A stretch of DNA of 64,000 bases from Clostridiales bacterium. Lineage in GTDB: Bacteria; Bacillota; Clostridia; Christensenellales; UBA1242. Shown piece after piece: positions 35,769 to 46,205 of this stretch (its first letter is position 1; each line of letters begins with the position of its first letter). Position numbers and translations under genes: made by a program. The notes under the pieces were generated by a model that worked only from the letters and a program-made list of their open reading frames with translations, ran no database searches and had not been told where the DNA came from. The stretch lies in assembly GCA_015069325.1 (NCBI GenBank), contig SVIV01000002.1, positions 181,694 to 245,693 of the forward strand, read 5' to 3'.

Positions 35769-37184
35769 TTATTTATAATTATCCGGCAAATCATTTTCAA
35801 AAAGTATTACCGCACCTTGACAGGTAAGCATTTTTACCAGGTCCATCTGCTCCGCCCTAGTGCTAGCAAAAAATATATTTTCTCGTTTAAAGTTATGCGC
35901 AATCGCCCCACTCAATAAATCATTTTTATTTTCTGCATTCATAATAATCAAAAAATCACAAACATCTGCAATTTTTCCGCCCAGTTTAAAGTTGGCATCT
36001 GACTGTTTCTTGCCAAGCTCAACAATGCCAGGCGTAATAACAATTTTTCGCCCTTCAAACATATTAAGCACATTTAAGGCTTCTTGAAAACCTATCTCAT
36101 TTGAATTATAGCTATCATCAATAATGGTGCACCCTTGTCTTTCAATCACTTCAAGTCTGTGAGCTGGTGAGATTAGCGACGAAATTGCAGATTGAATATC
36201 CTTTAAAGATACCCCTATTTTATAAGCTACCGCACTTGCAAGAACGATATTTTCAACATTAAATCTCCCAAGGAGTTTTGTTTTAACTTGCGCCTTCTCC
36301 CCATTTATCACCAAAGTAAACTCGCAACCTTGTTTAGATGCAACTATATTTTCAGCATAAGCAAATGCATTTTCTTGGCAAACAACAATTTTATTCCCCG
36401 CATACTTTTTAAAAAGTTTTTTGCACCCTTCGTCTCCCCCAAAAAACATTACTCCACTAGGAGAAATATTTTCTGCAAGTTCAAATTTTGTATCTTCGAT
36501 ATTCTGAATACTTTTGAAACTTTCGATATGACAGTCGCCAATCGCCGTAATAACACCATAATCAGGACGCACAATTTTGGTCAACTTCTCAATATCCCGT
36601 CTATGTCTTGCCCCCATTTCAGAAATAAAAACGTCGTGATCTTCAAGATTTTTCAAGATAGTCAATGTTGTGCCCATTTCTGTATTATAATTTTTAGGCG
36701 TTGCGCACACTTTGTATTCTTTCTCTAAAATATGCTTCAAAATGTTTTTAGTTGATGTTTTACCAAAACTTCCCGTAATTGCAATTTTTATCACATTTTT
36801 CTTTGCTAGTTTATTTTTAGCTTTGATAATATAAATCTTTTTTATTGCCACTTCAATTGGCAAAACAATATAATGACTTAATACAATCCAAATAGGAGTC
36901 AAAACAAAGACAACACAACAATCAAACGCTACCAAAAATGGACTAGTTAAAAATTTCATAGGAAGGAAAAACAATCCAGCGCAAATCAACAACAAAACAA
37001 TATAAAACCTAATAATACGCTTTGTAAAAACAAGTTTATTTTTATCGCCAAACGCAAGGCGAAAGCAAGCACAACAATTTATAAATTTTTTGATGTTATA
37101 ACCACTAAGCTGATAAGTTTTTACAAAAATACAACTAAAAAGCCCTAATAAAATAACATTTACACATATCAGAAAATACAACAT
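35769..37184 (-). CDS. murF: MurF-type Mur ligase with N-terminal transmembrane region
   Basis: 471 aa with ITGSFGKTSTKNIL P-loop and Mur ligase middle and C-terminal domains. The first ~110 aa are 3-4 hydrophobic helices rather than the usual MurF domain 1. Confidence 0.75.
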   Translation of the reverse strand: MLYFLICVNVILLGLFSCIFVKTYQLSGYNIKKFINCCACFRLAFGDKNKLVFTKRIIRFYIVLLLICAGLFFLPMKFLTSPFLVAFDCCVVFVLTPIWIVLSHYIVLPIEVAIKKIYIIKAKNKLAKKNVIKIAITGSFGKTSTKNILKHILEKEYKVCATPKNYNTEMGTTLTILKNLEDHDVFISEMGARHRRDIEKLTKIVRPDYGVITAIGDCHIESFKSIQNIEDTKFELAENISPSGVMFFGGDEGCKKLFKKYAGNKIVVCQENAFAYAENIVASKQGCEFTLVINGEKAQVKTKLLGRFNVENIVLASAVAYKIGVSLKDIQSAISSLISPAHRLEVIERQGCTIIDDSYNSNEIGFQEALNVLNMFEGRKIVITPGIVELGKKQSDANFKLGGKIADVCDFLIIMNAENKNDLLSGAIAHNFKRENIFFASTRAEQMDLVKMLTCQGAVILFENDLPDNYK

Positions 37185-37928
37185 TTATTTCTCCTTTAAA
37201 AAATTTAAAACAATACTAGAGAATGCAAGCGGACAATCTAAAAATGAGAAATGGCCTGCGTTTTTAAGCACTACAAGTTCAGAATCAGAAATTAGCCTAT
37301 TTAATCTTTTCGCCATATACAAAGGTGTTTCCTTATCTTCTTCTCCCCAAACAATCAACGAAGGACAAACTATTTCTTTTGCAAAAGCTTCAAGATGGGT
37401 GTTGACAATATTGTTAAACAACGATCTCATTTCAGGCGATAACGCTCTATAATCACGTGATCCTCCTTGAGCATTTTTCCCAAGCTTTTTGCAAAGTTTA
37501 TATTTGAAAACTTTATAGTGATAGCCAATTCTCCGTTTCGGCTTCATTCCTGCACTATCCACATATATGCATTTATGCACAAGCGATGGCTTTATTGCAG
37601 ACAAAAGTATACATATTCTTCCGCCAAATGAATGCCCCAAGAAATCCGCCGAAGATATGCCCAAATGTTCACATAAACCTATCACAATATTTACATAAGA
37701 AAAAACACTAAACCTTTCATGATTAAACTTGCTCTTCCCAAACGGCGGAAAATCAATAGTCAAAATATTAAAATCAGAAAAAACATCTTCAAATTTTTCA
37801 AAATCTTCACTGCTCCTTCCCCACCCGTGCAAAAAAACCAATGTCTTGTCGCTATAGCCTTTTATCAATTTATAATTGATTTCTGCCCCACAAAAATTAA
37901 AAATCATATCATTTTGTATGAAAAACAT
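37185..37928 (-). CDS. alpha/beta-fold hydrolase
   Basis: 247 aa with HGWGRS and the nucleophile elbow GHSFGG, plus a C-terminal GH. Confidence 0.8.
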   Translation of the reverse strand: MFFIQNDMIFNFCGAEINYKLIKGYSDKTLVFLHGWGRSSEDFEKFEDVFSDFNILTIDFPPFGKSKFNHERFSVFSYVNIVIGLCEHLGISSADFLGHSFGGRICILLSAIKPSLVHKCIYVDSAGMKPKRRIGYHYKVFKYKLCKKLGKNAQGGSRDYRALSPEMRSLFNNIVNTHLEAFAKEIVCPSLIVWGEEDKETPLYMAKRLNRLISDSELVVLKNAGHFSFLDCPLAFSSIVLNFLKEK

Positions 37929-38046
37929 TCAAAATTGTTGAAAATAAATAAAAAATATGTGAAAATTATTTTGATTTTTTATATGTTTTGTCTAAAATAA
38001 AGATAAGTCATCAAGACTAAAACAAATAAAAGGAAGGTATAGACAC

Positions 38047-38313
38047 TTGAAAATCACAGACGTTAGAATCAGACTCAAAGAAGAAGAAAAATTAAAAGGA
38101 ATTGCATCAATCACTATTGACGAATGCTTCGTAGTTCACGACATTAAAGTAATTGATGGAAAAGACGGTCTTTTCGTTTCAATGCCAAGCAAAAAACATG
38201 CTGATGGAGAACACAGAGACATCGCTCACCCAATCAAAACTGAAACTAGAGAGTATATCAAAACTGAAGTTCTCGCTGCTTACAACCAAGCACTTGAAAC
38301 AAAAGCTGAATAA
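38047..38313 (+). CDS. spoVG: septation/sporulation regulator SpoVG
   Basis: [10 protein letters not shown]...[35 protein letters not shown] start. Confidence 0.93.
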   Translation: MKITDVRIRLKEEEKLKGIASITIDECFVVHDIKVIDGKDGLFVSMPSKKHADGEHRDIAHPIKTETREYIKTEVLAAYNQALETKAE

Positions 38314-38321
38314 TATACAAA

Positions 38322-38349
38322 AAAAAGAGCCTTCCGGCTCTTTTTTTTT
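38322..38349 (+). terminator. rho-independent terminator after spoVG
   Basis: Stem gagcc/ggctc followed by a run of nine T. Confidence 0.8.
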
Positions 38350-38415
38350 ATCAAATCCCATAATCGTCCATTCTACCATATCCACAAACAAAAAAAACAA
38401 TCTTTCGATTGTCTT

Positions 38416-39792
38416 TTACATTATTAAATTTCCATTATCCGTTTCAATAACTTTTTGCACGTTTTCTAGTTCCCCAGTTTCGCCATTAAAGAAGAAATAA
38501 TATTTCCCATCTTCACCATTTGCTTCAACTTCCATACAAACAACTTCTCTGTTATAATCAAGCGGAGAAAGAACCCAGCGAGAATTGATAATTTCAAAAG
38601 TTGAATGTAAATATCCAACTGCTTGAGATTTCGTCAAACTTCCCTTTGTCAACACTCTATTTGTATGATTAGTAAAATATGAAGTCGCGTCATAGCCCAC
38701 AATTGTCCCTGTTGCCATATTTATCTTTACTTTGACAAGGTCTGGATATAAAATTATACCATTTTGAATTGGAGCAATATTAAAATAAACATCTCCTTTT
38801 ATGCTATCCGACCAGACAACTTGACCATCTTGAATGCCATTTTCTTTTGCAAATCTTAAAGCCAAATCTTTTGCTTCTGATTCATCAATTGATGCGTCTC
38901 CTTCTTCTCCCGTTCCACTTATTGTCAAAATATGCCCACCTATTTTAGAAACTTGCAAATACAGCATTTCATCATCTGAATTTGTCAATCTAAAATTATA
39001 GGTTTCAAATCGCCCGTTGGTTTCTCCTTCAAAGTCCGTTCGGACAAGATTAGGAAAGAGTTTTTCAATTTTTGCCAAAACATCTTCTTGGCCAACCGCT
39101 TTCCCTTTAAGCCCCTTAACAGTAACATTGACAACCGAATCTGAAAACGGACCATCATAAATCATTGTTGGATATTCAATCTCTGTTGACTTTAACGATG
39201 TTAAATTTGTGCTAAACTCATTGCTACCACTGTCAACATTCATACTTGAATCAATTATTGAATAACCTTTATTTAATTTTCGTGCAAATTCATTCAGTTG
39301 ATTTTGCAAATCCAACACACTTTGATGAACATTTACAAGCGTTGACTTTTCTTCCCCTGTCAAAGATTCTCCTTGAGCAAGTTTTTCCGCCAAAATGGAA
39401 GTGTAACCTGAAATTTGATTCACAAGTTTAACAGTATCTTGAACATCATTTTGAGATAACGGTAATGCAGAAAGAGAAATCCCCGCTTCACTAGCATTTT
39501 TTGACGCTTCAAGTAATGTTTTTCGTTGATAAGTTCCACTTGAATGAATAGTTTTAGCAAGTTTAGTTTCTAAATTATTTACACTTTCTAAAAGATTATA
39601 AAAATTATCATTATACACATTTTCGAGTTCGGTTTTATACCCCTGCGCTTGACTCTCACTCACACCATACGAAATTGCCAGCACTGTTGTCGAAAGTGCC
39701 AAAACTCCTGCTGAAACAGCAAGTGCAGTAATAACTCTATTTTTTCTTTTTTTATCTTCTTTTTTTAAAAATTGCGTTTTTCGCCCTTCCAT
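38416..39792 (-). CDS. ypeB: germination protein YpeB
   Basis: About 458 aa from the ATG at 39792 (RBS AAGGGGG). N-terminal TM helix and C-terminal PepSY-like repeats. Immediately downstream of sleB. Confidence 0.75.
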   Translation of the reverse strand: MEGRKTQFLKKEDKKRKNRVITALAVSAGVLALSTTVLAISYGVSESQAQGYKTELENVYNDNFYNLLESVNNLETKLAKTIHSSGTYQRKTLLEASKNASEAGISLSALPLSQNDVQDTVKLVNQISGYTSILAEKLAQGESLTGEEKSTLVNVHQSVLDLQNQLNEFARKLNKGYSIIDSSMNVDSGSNEFSTNLTSLKSTEIEYPTMIYDGPFSDSVVNVTVKGLKGKAVGQEDVLAKIEKLFPNLVRTDFEGETNGRFETYNFRLTNSDDEMLYLQVSKIGGHILTISGTGEEGDASIDESEAKDLALRFAKENGIQDGQVVWSDSIKGDVYFNIAPIQNGIILYPDLVKVKINMATGTIVGYDATSYFTNHTNRVLTKGSLTKSQAVGYLHSTFEIINSRWVLSPLDYNREVVCMEVEANGEDGKYYFFFNGETGELENVQKVIETDNGNLIM

Positions 39793-39802
39793 TTTCGCCC
39801 CC

Positions 39803-40483
39803 TTATAATGCAAATACGTGCTTACCAATAGTTACCACCGTTTGTCTTGACCAAATCCAAGAACTTGTTGCGGTTGCAGGATTATAATAATATAAACATC
39901 CATACGTAGGATCCCAACCATTCAACGCATCTTGAGCTGCTTTATATGCAGTTGAATTAGGGCTTAAATTTATCTGACCATCATTAACTGCAGTAAATGC
40001 CCAAGGTTGATAAATCACCCCCGAAATAGTATTAGGGAAAGCTGAATTTTTTACCCTGTTTAAAACGACAGCCGCAACGGCAACTTGCCCGGTGTAAGGT
40101 TCTCCACGCGCTTCAGCATACACGCACCTTGCAAGCAAGTTTAAATCACTGGAACTTACCTTACTACTTGAAGAACCTGATGATAATGTTATCCCCATTG
40201 CAGCCGCAGTTTTAGGACCAACAATGCCATCTACAGCAAGTCCATTTTTTCTTTGAAAATACCGGACAGCTTCTTTTGTTTTTGGACCATATATGCCATC
40301 AATAGCACCAGTATAATAACCCCAACGCTTTAACTTGGTCTGAATTTTCACACTCTCTGAATATGTAGTTGCCGCTTCTGCCACCACTTCTTGATGAGAT
40401 AAATCATTTGCAACTGCAACCCCAACTAAAGATGATGGAGCAAGAATAGATAGTGCAAGCAACGAAATCAACTTTTTCTTCAT
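39803..40483 (-). CDS. sleB: spore cortex-lytic enzyme SleB
   Basis: 226 aa. Signal peptide, then a PG-binding repeat (LKRWGYYTGAIDGIYGPKT...), then a hydrolase-2 domain (ARGEPYTGQVAVAAVVLNRV). Confidence 0.88.
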   Translation of the reverse strand: MKKKLISLLALSILAPSSLVGVAVANDLSHQEVVAEAATTYSESVKIQTKLKRWGYYTGAIDGIYGPKTKEAVRYFQRKNGLAVDGIVGPKTAAAMGITLSSGSSSSKVSSSDLNLLARCVYAEARGEPYTGQVAVAAVVLNRVKNSAFPNTISGVIYQPWAFTAVNDGQINLSPNSTAYKAAQDALNGWDPTYGCLYYYNPATATSSWIWSRQTVVTIGKHVFAL

Positions 40484-41008
40484 TTAATCCCCCTTTGTTA
40501 TATTTTTAATTATCTCCAAAATTTTAGAAATATATACAACATTGTCAGAATTTGTTGAAGAAGTAAAACAAAATGCAGGATAAACAAGACACCACCAATT
40601 ATTTCCTTGCCCACTTCCCAAATTGATAATCAGCGATTCATAATCGCCTTCTTGCAAAACAATTTCATCATATTGACGCGTAGGAAAATGTTCGGTATTA
40701 ATCAATGCACTGCTTTTATAATTGAATCCATAATTTTGCAACACACCATTCGCCACACTTTCAATTTCACTATAATTTTGCTCAACACAATTTTTGGCAT
40801 CTTCAAAAGAATTAACTTCACTTAACAGCGGAATAAGAAAATCTACTACCGCATCTTTCACAATATATTTTACCATTTGATCGGCCTGTGAATCTGAATT
40901 TGCCCTGATATGTATTCTTAAATATTTTGTTTCATTCACATTAGTAGGACCACAAATAAAAATTAAAATTATGCCTATAGTCGAAATAAAAGATATCACC
41001 CATTTCAT
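40484..41008 (-). CDS. spoIIR: stage II sporulation protein R
   Basis: 174 aa. Signal or TM segment, then YLRIHIRANSDSQADQMVKYIVKDAV and NWWCLVYP, typical of SpoIIR. Confidence 0.85.
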   Translation of the reverse strand: MKWVISFISTIGIILIFICGPTNVNETKYLRIHIRANSDSQADQMVKYIVKDAVVDFLIPLLSEVNSFEDAKNCVEQNYSEIESVANGVLQNYGFNYKSSALINTEHFPTRQYDEIVLQEGDYESLIINLGSGQGNNWWCLVYPAFCFTSSTNSDNVVYISKILEIIKNITKGD

Positions 41009-41109
41009 ATTTTTTCTCCTTCGATATGTTTATTTGCATATTTTTGAAAGCAAAAACAAAGAAAAAACGCAAAAATCAATTTTTTTTGCGTTTTTTAATA
41101 TATTTTTAA

Positions 41110-42639
41110 TTAATTATTTTCTCGATCTGACTTTCTTTGATAAAAAAGAATCAACGGAGTGTCCTTTTCAACAGGGAAAGTTACATCTGGGTTTTGCAAT
41201 CTTATAAGACCTTCTTGCACGTGTGCAGACTTTGCAATATCCCACAAATCTTTTCCTTTAGGAGCAAAAATAACTTCCATTGCGCAATCTTTTTTATCAA
41301 ACTCTTCCGCAAAAACAGCGTCCGAAATAATTGCCCCATTAATACTTCTGCAACAATTTACACCAACTTTCACCTTCGCATCATATATAAGTTCTCTTCC
41401 TTTTTTCACCACAACATCGGCATCTGTTATCACCGCACTAAGAGACAGCATTGAATCGCTTGGGCACTTAATTTTATCTGATATCACAAAAGGGACATCT
41501 AAAACTACACTATAAAGCGAAGAAGTGTCATCGTTTAAATATACTACTGTTGTTTGGGCAATACCTTCAACAAAAAGTTCTCCTTCATTTATATAATGAT
41601 TTATTATGCTAACTTTATTGCCACCGCTAAATAGAAGTTTGTCAACTCTTGGTTTTTCATCGTCAAGTGTAAGCGAACCTTCAATTTTTCCTTCAATAAG
41701 TTCTATTCCACACATATCACTCATTTCATAAGAATTCATAGCAATATTTACATTTGCTTTAACACTATATAAATCTTTAATTACAGACGTTACGCCTTTT
41801 TCATAAGCAAATACGCTTAGGTTGATTGGAACTTTAATCACAAGTTTTCCGCCCTTCTCATCTTGCACAATATCGCAAGCCACACCTTCTTGACAAATAC
41901 CCACATATCCTTCCGCTAAAGAATCTCTAGTGCTTCCAGCAAGTTCAACTTCCTGTTTAAAAGTATCGTGAATATACCCACTTTCAAACTTATCATTTTC
42001 TGTAAGATATAATACTCGACTGATCACATCTCCGCTTGCCGCAACATAATTCGCACCCGCTTCCACCGATTTTACAATTGCATTACTTTCAACAAGCAAA
42101 ATCTTTTTAATATTTTCTCTTAAATTGACATCGCTTTCACTTACAAACGAATCTTTTGCACAATCAACAAATTTTACAATCTCAACATCTTCATTTTGAT
42201 AACAAACATCTTCATCATCACAATATAATGAATAATTGCTATTGTTATTAACAACAAAGCCACTTTGAGAAAGCACTACATTCACTCTAATACTATCACT
42301 GCCAACAATTTCACTTGTATAATCAATTACATCAACTTTTACAAAAGCACAAGCACTTGATGAAATTTCATCACTTTCAAATTTAGAAGAAAAAGGACAA
42401 CTTGAATTAATTGAAATAATTTCTCCTTCTTCATTCGTAAATACAGCCTTAATATCAATAATTCCAGAATAAGTTATGATTTTATCCACAACTTCTTGCC
42501 CTTGCACACAAACTTGTGCTGATATAGCAAGAATTTTCCCGCAACTAACACCTGCAGAAATGTTACACTCTACATTAAATTCGCTTTTTTCAAGCAACCT
42601 TTTTCTTGCCGTTAAAAAAGTTTTCTTCTCAAATGCCAT
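41110..42639 (-). CDS. DUF3794-like repeat protein (spore-associated family), function unknown
   Basis: About 509 aa from the ATG at 42639 (RBS GGAGGG). Repetitive beta-rich sequence. The family assignment is from memory of neighbours of veg/spoVG in Clostridia. Confidence 0.4.
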   Translation of the reverse strand: MAFEKKTFLTARKRLLEKSEFNVECNISAGVSCGKILAISAQVCVQGQEVVDKIITYSGIIDIKAVFTNEEGEIISINSSCPFSSKFESDEISSSACAFVKVDVIDYTSEIVGSDSIRVNVVLSQSGFVVNNNSNYSLYCDDEDVCYQNEDVEIVKFVDCAKDSFVSESDVNLRENIKKILLVESNAIVKSVEAGANYVAASGDVISRVLYLTENDKFESGYIHDTFKQEVELAGSTRDSLAEGYVGICQEGVACDIVQDEKGGKLVIKVPINLSVFAYEKGVTSVIKDLYSVKANVNIAMNSYEMSDMCGIELIEGKIEGSLTLDDEKPRVDKLLFSGGNKVSIINHYINEGELFVEGIAQTTVVYLNDDTSSLYSVVLDVPFVISDKIKCPSDSMLSLSAVITDADVVVKKGRELIYDAKVKVGVNCCRSINGAIISDAVFAEEFDKKDCAMEVIFAPKGKDLWDIAKSAHVQEGLIRLQNPDVTFPVEKDTPLILFYQRKSDRENN

Positions 42640-42741
42640 AAACCCTCCAAACATTTACGAGATATACATACTCGCAAATGACAGATTTTATTCCTAAAGT
42701 TTAAATATTTTTAAAATGGATATAAACTATTAGGAGGAAAT

Positions 42742-42975
42742 ATGAGAAAAGCAGGATTAGGCCTAAACGAAATAAAAACAAAGATACTTTCACTTAAAGG
42801 CACAGAAGTAGAAATGAATATAAATAGGGGAAGAAAAAAAATTGACTTTTTCAGTGGAATAGTTACCGATGTTTATCCAAGCGTTTTTACAGTTGTTGAA
42901 AAAGATGGAAACAAAAACATTCAAACATTCTCGTATTATGATGTGCTTTGCGGCAATGTAGTTTTCCTTAAATAA
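42742..42975 (+). CDS. veg: Veg protein
   Basis: 77 aa with LKGTEVEMNINRGRKKIDFFSGIVTDVYPSVFTV, matching Veg. Confidence 0.85.
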   Translation: MRKAGLGLNEIKTKILSLKGTEVEMNINRGRKKIDFFSGIVTDVYPSVFTVVEKDGNKNIQTFSYYDVLCGNVVFLK

Positions 42976-43144
42976 AAAAGACAACCTAACCCATTGCCTT
43001 GTTTTCATTTCTAAAAACATTTATAAATAATTAATACAATTTAATTGATTGTTTGTTTATTTTTGTAATTTTTGATAAAAAACATCTATAAACTTGACAT
43101 TTTGTTTGGTTTTTGATAAAATATACACATACTTAGGGGGATGT

Positions 43145-43372
43145 ATGAAAGAAGTTAAAATTAATGGCGCTACCCAAATCGACATCTTTGGAAAGACAAA
43201 AGAAAATCAAGAAGATTTAGTTGATGAAGTTGTTGAAATTTACGATGCTAGCACCGAAAAAACAAAAATCACAAGCCATAAAGTTAATGACGCAGGCCAA
43301 GAAATTTCGGTAGAAAATGGTTATGCCCCTGCTGACATTGAAGAAATGGCAAACGAAGAAAAAGAAATTTAA
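43145..43372 (+). CDS. hypothetical acidic protein
   Basis: 75 aa from the ATG at 43145 (RBS GGGGGA). No motif recognised. Confidence 0.45.
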   Translation: MKEVKINGATQIDIFGKTKENQEDLVDEVVEIYDASTEKTKITSHKVNDAGQEISVENGYAPADIEEMANEEKEI

Positions 43373-43383
43373 AGGAGACAATA

Positions 43384-43779
43384 ATGGCAAACGTAATCAG
43401 AAATATGAATTTTAAACCAATTTTAGAAAAAATCACTTATCAAAGACTATCAGAACCAGAACAAAACTCAAATGTAAATGTTCAAGTATGGGACGAAATG
43501 GAAGTAAAAAGACTTCGCTCTGATGCTGTGAAAGTTGAACTTCAAAGAAACATTAAACCAGATCCTTCTTGCCTTTTCACTGTTGAAGCAAGAATCGGTG
43601 TTGAAGTAATTGTAAACACAAGTGAATTTGATGCACTTGATGATGCTGTTGAATTTTTTAAAACAAGCCCTGTTACTAGAGTATTAGTAAACAACTTAGT
43701 TACAATACTTGCAAACCTTACTACGCACTCTCAACTTGGTCCTATTATCACTGCACCTATGTGCCAATTCCCTAAATAA
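43384..43779 (+). CDS. hypothetical protein
   Basis: 131 aa. RBS AAAGGAGA. Terminator at 43789-43818. No motif recognised. Confidence 0.5.
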   Translation: MANVIRNMNFKPILEKITYQRLSEPEQNSNVNVQVWDEMEVKRLRSDAVKVELQRNIKPDPSCLFTVEARIGVEVIVNTSEFDALDDAVEFFKTSPVTRVLVNNLVTILANLTTHSQLGPIITAPMCQFPK

Positions 43780-43876
43780 GTTACAATAAAAAAGCATATC
43801 AAATTGATATGCTTTTTTATTCATATATTTAGTTATTTCAGTATTACAAAATCGCAAATTGCATTTTTATGTGTTT

Positions 43877-44128
43877 CTAATAATCATATTCTACATCATC
43901 ATCTTCTTCTTCAAAATCACCATCGTTAAAATTCGTCAAATTGTCTGTTGCTGTATTAGGTTCATCATAATAATCTTCAGCCGCACCATATCCCTTGTCA
44001 AATTTCCATTGTTCATAATCTTCATCCGCATCAAGAGTTTCTTCATCAATAACCGGTATATGATGGCCGCTTTTGATTGAATTTTCATAACGATCCCTGA
44101 TCTCTGCTTCAGGTAAAATTTTTGTCAT
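43877..44128 (-). CDS. hypothetical highly acidic small protein
   Basis: 83-aa ORF, Asp/Glu/Tyr-rich. RBS AGGAGAGAG. Confidence 0.4.
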   Translation of the reverse strand: MTKILPEAEIRDRYENSIKSGHHIPVIDEETLDADEDYEQWKFDKGYGAAEDYYDEPNTATDNLTNFNDGDFEEEDDDVEYDY

Positions 44129-44198
44129 ACTCTCTCCTATTAATAAAAAAGTTAATATAACTCTGATTTGTCATTTTGTGCATTATAAACATAACAAA

Positions 44199-45053
44199 TT
44201 ATGCTGCTTTGTATGTCAAATATCCTGTTTCCCAGTTTGCCATTGACGCATCTGTTTTGCTATCATCAAATGCAACAGCTCCTACTAATTTATTATTTCG
44301 TCTAAAAATATCATATGAGCGATCTGCCAAGTTACTTGTTGACCATTTATCACCAACATAAATTGTTTCCAGTTCAAAACAATCAGCAAACATATAAAAC
44401 ATAGTTGCCACTTTTGAAGTATCAAAACCAGATAAATCCACAACCTTCAAGCTTTTACAACCTGAAAAAATTTGATCTATTTCTGTTACATTTTCCGTTG
44501 CAAAACCAGTCAAATCTAACTCTGACAATTTTAAGCATTGACAAAACATCGCCGCCATAGTTGTCACTTTTGAAGTATTAAATTCAGATATATCCAACAC
44601 TTCTAAGTTTGTGCACCCCAAAAACATATAATCCATTCTTACTACATTTGATGTATCAACATTGTTAAACTTCATTGTCGTAACTTTATCCTTGTCAACA
44701 AAGAAAAGGCAACAATCTTCAGGCAATTCAATTTTAAGATTAGATAAAACAAACATTTGCGTGCCATTAGAATAAAGCTTTATACTTTCATCTTTAGCAT
44801 CGCTAACATCAACAAATGAAAGCCCTTCAATTACATTAACATCTCCGCCATTATAAAATACATTTTCATCATCAAATGCGTTAAAATATATTTCTGTTTC
44901 ATTATTATATGCATTTTTAAAAGCCCTCCCATTCAACAAACTGGTGGTAGGCTGATTTAACACAAATAGTCCCAGCACAACTACAATTGCAGCAGCAATT
45001 AATACCGCAGCTATGCTAACAGCCACTACTTTGATTTTTTTCGATTTATCCAT
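44199..45053 (-). CDS. DUF285 (BspA-like leucine-rich repeat) surface protein, membrane anchored
   Basis: 284 aa. N-terminal TM helix. Repeats of the form L..LD.S.F(N/D)TS.V..M..MF..C. The C-terminus LVGAVAFDDSKTDASMANWETGYLTYK is paralogous to the end of the 50324-52450 gene. Confidence 0.75.
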   Translation of the reverse strand: MDKSKKIKVVAVSIAAVLIAAAIVVVLGLFVLNQPTTSLLNGRAFKNAYNNETEIYFNAFDDENVFYNGGDVNVIEGLSFVDVSDAKDESIKLYSNGTQMFVLSNLKIELPEDCCLFFVDKDKVTTMKFNNVDTSNVVRMDYMFLGCTNLEVLDISEFNTSKVTTMAAMFCQCLKLSELDLTGFATENVTEIDQIFSGCKSLKVVDLSGFDTSKVATMFYMFADCFELETIYVGDKWSTSNLADRSYDIFRRNNKLVGAVAFDDSKTDASMANWETGYLTYKAA

Positions 45054-45184
45054 ATTCTTTTCTCCTTTTTTACAGATAATCCTCTCGCAAAAACAACAAC
45101 CTTATTTGCTTCCATTCTATCATATATGGGGTGGGGAAAGTCAAACAAATTAAGAAAAAAACATATCAATTTGATATGTTTTTT

Positions 45185-46075
45185 TTATTTTTCAAATACA
45201 GCAACAACCCTTGCTTCAATTTCAACTTCGCCCACATAGTCAGCAAGTTTAACATCACTACAACATCTTGCAAAAAAATTACTACAGTGCAACGATTCCT
45301 CTTTAACATTGACTAGTGAAAGTCCTTCTCCTGCAATAGCTTGTGCCTTGTTTTTTGCATTTTCAATAGCACTTGTTAAGGCAGTATTGTATTGCAAATC
45401 CATATCTGCCACTTTATAACAAATATTCTCAATTGACGTTATTCCATTTTCAGTCAACACGTCAATATATTCTTGCAAAGAATCCATTTGAACAACTTCA
45501 ATAGACATAGTGCAAGATGAAGAATAACCGGAAATAGATTTTGCTAAAGAAAATTCATAACAAGGAAAACAATTAAAGCAATCAAGTTTCACATTTTCTT
45601 TTGTCAACCCCTTGTCTAAAAGTGAAGAAGTTACATTATCAAAAATTTCAAGTGCACTTTCTTTAGATGCATCAATGTCTCCTTCTAATGTTTCAATTCT
45701 GGCTTTAATAACCGCACTATCTGGCGCGACTTTAACTTTTGCACAGCCCACAACCATAACCGACAATTCGTCATCTAATTGATACTCAACTACTTCAGAC
45801 TCACTTGTTGTATCAAAGGCATTTGTTGAATAATCAACAAAATCTTTTGTGATATTTTCTTCAGTCTTAAAAGGAAATTCTTTCCCCATTTCAACAGTTT
45901 CACTTTCTTCCACCGATAACGACGAGTCGGCATTAAATTCTACCACTTCTTCAGCTACCGCCATTTGTTTCATAATAATTGGTTTTTTGCTCCCTTCTTC
46001 CGTCTTAACCACACAAAACAGAGCAAGGGTTAAGCAACCCAAAGCAACCGTTCTTTTCAAAATTTGTTTATTCAT
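45185..46075 (-). CDS. SIMPL/DUF541-like secreted protein
   Basis: 296 aa. Signal peptide. AKVKVAPDSAVIKARIE...DASKESA resembles SIMPL-domain proteins. Assignment by eye. Confidence 0.5.
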   Translation of the reverse strand: MNKQILKRTVALGCLTLALFCVVKTEEGSKKPIIMKQMAVAEEVVEFNADSSLSVEESETVEMGKEFPFKTEENITKDFVDYSTNAFDTTSESEVVEYQLDDELSVMVVGCAKVKVAPDSAVIKARIETLEGDIDASKESALEIFDNVTSSLLDKGLTKENVKLDCFNCFPCYEFSLAKSISGYSSSCTMSIEVVQMDSLQEYIDVLTENGITSIENICYKVADMDLQYNTALTSAIENAKNKAQAIAGEGLSLVNVKEESLHCSNFFARCCSDVKLADYVGEVEIEARVVAVFEK

Positions 46076-46205
46076 TTTTATCCTCCGCTTTTAAGTTGAG
46101 TAAAGTTTTCAAAATTATTTATATTTTTTAAAGAAAGACAAAATTCAACATAATACAACAAAAAAAAGTCCGATTTTGATTCGGACTTTTTGTTTTTTTC
46201 ATTTT

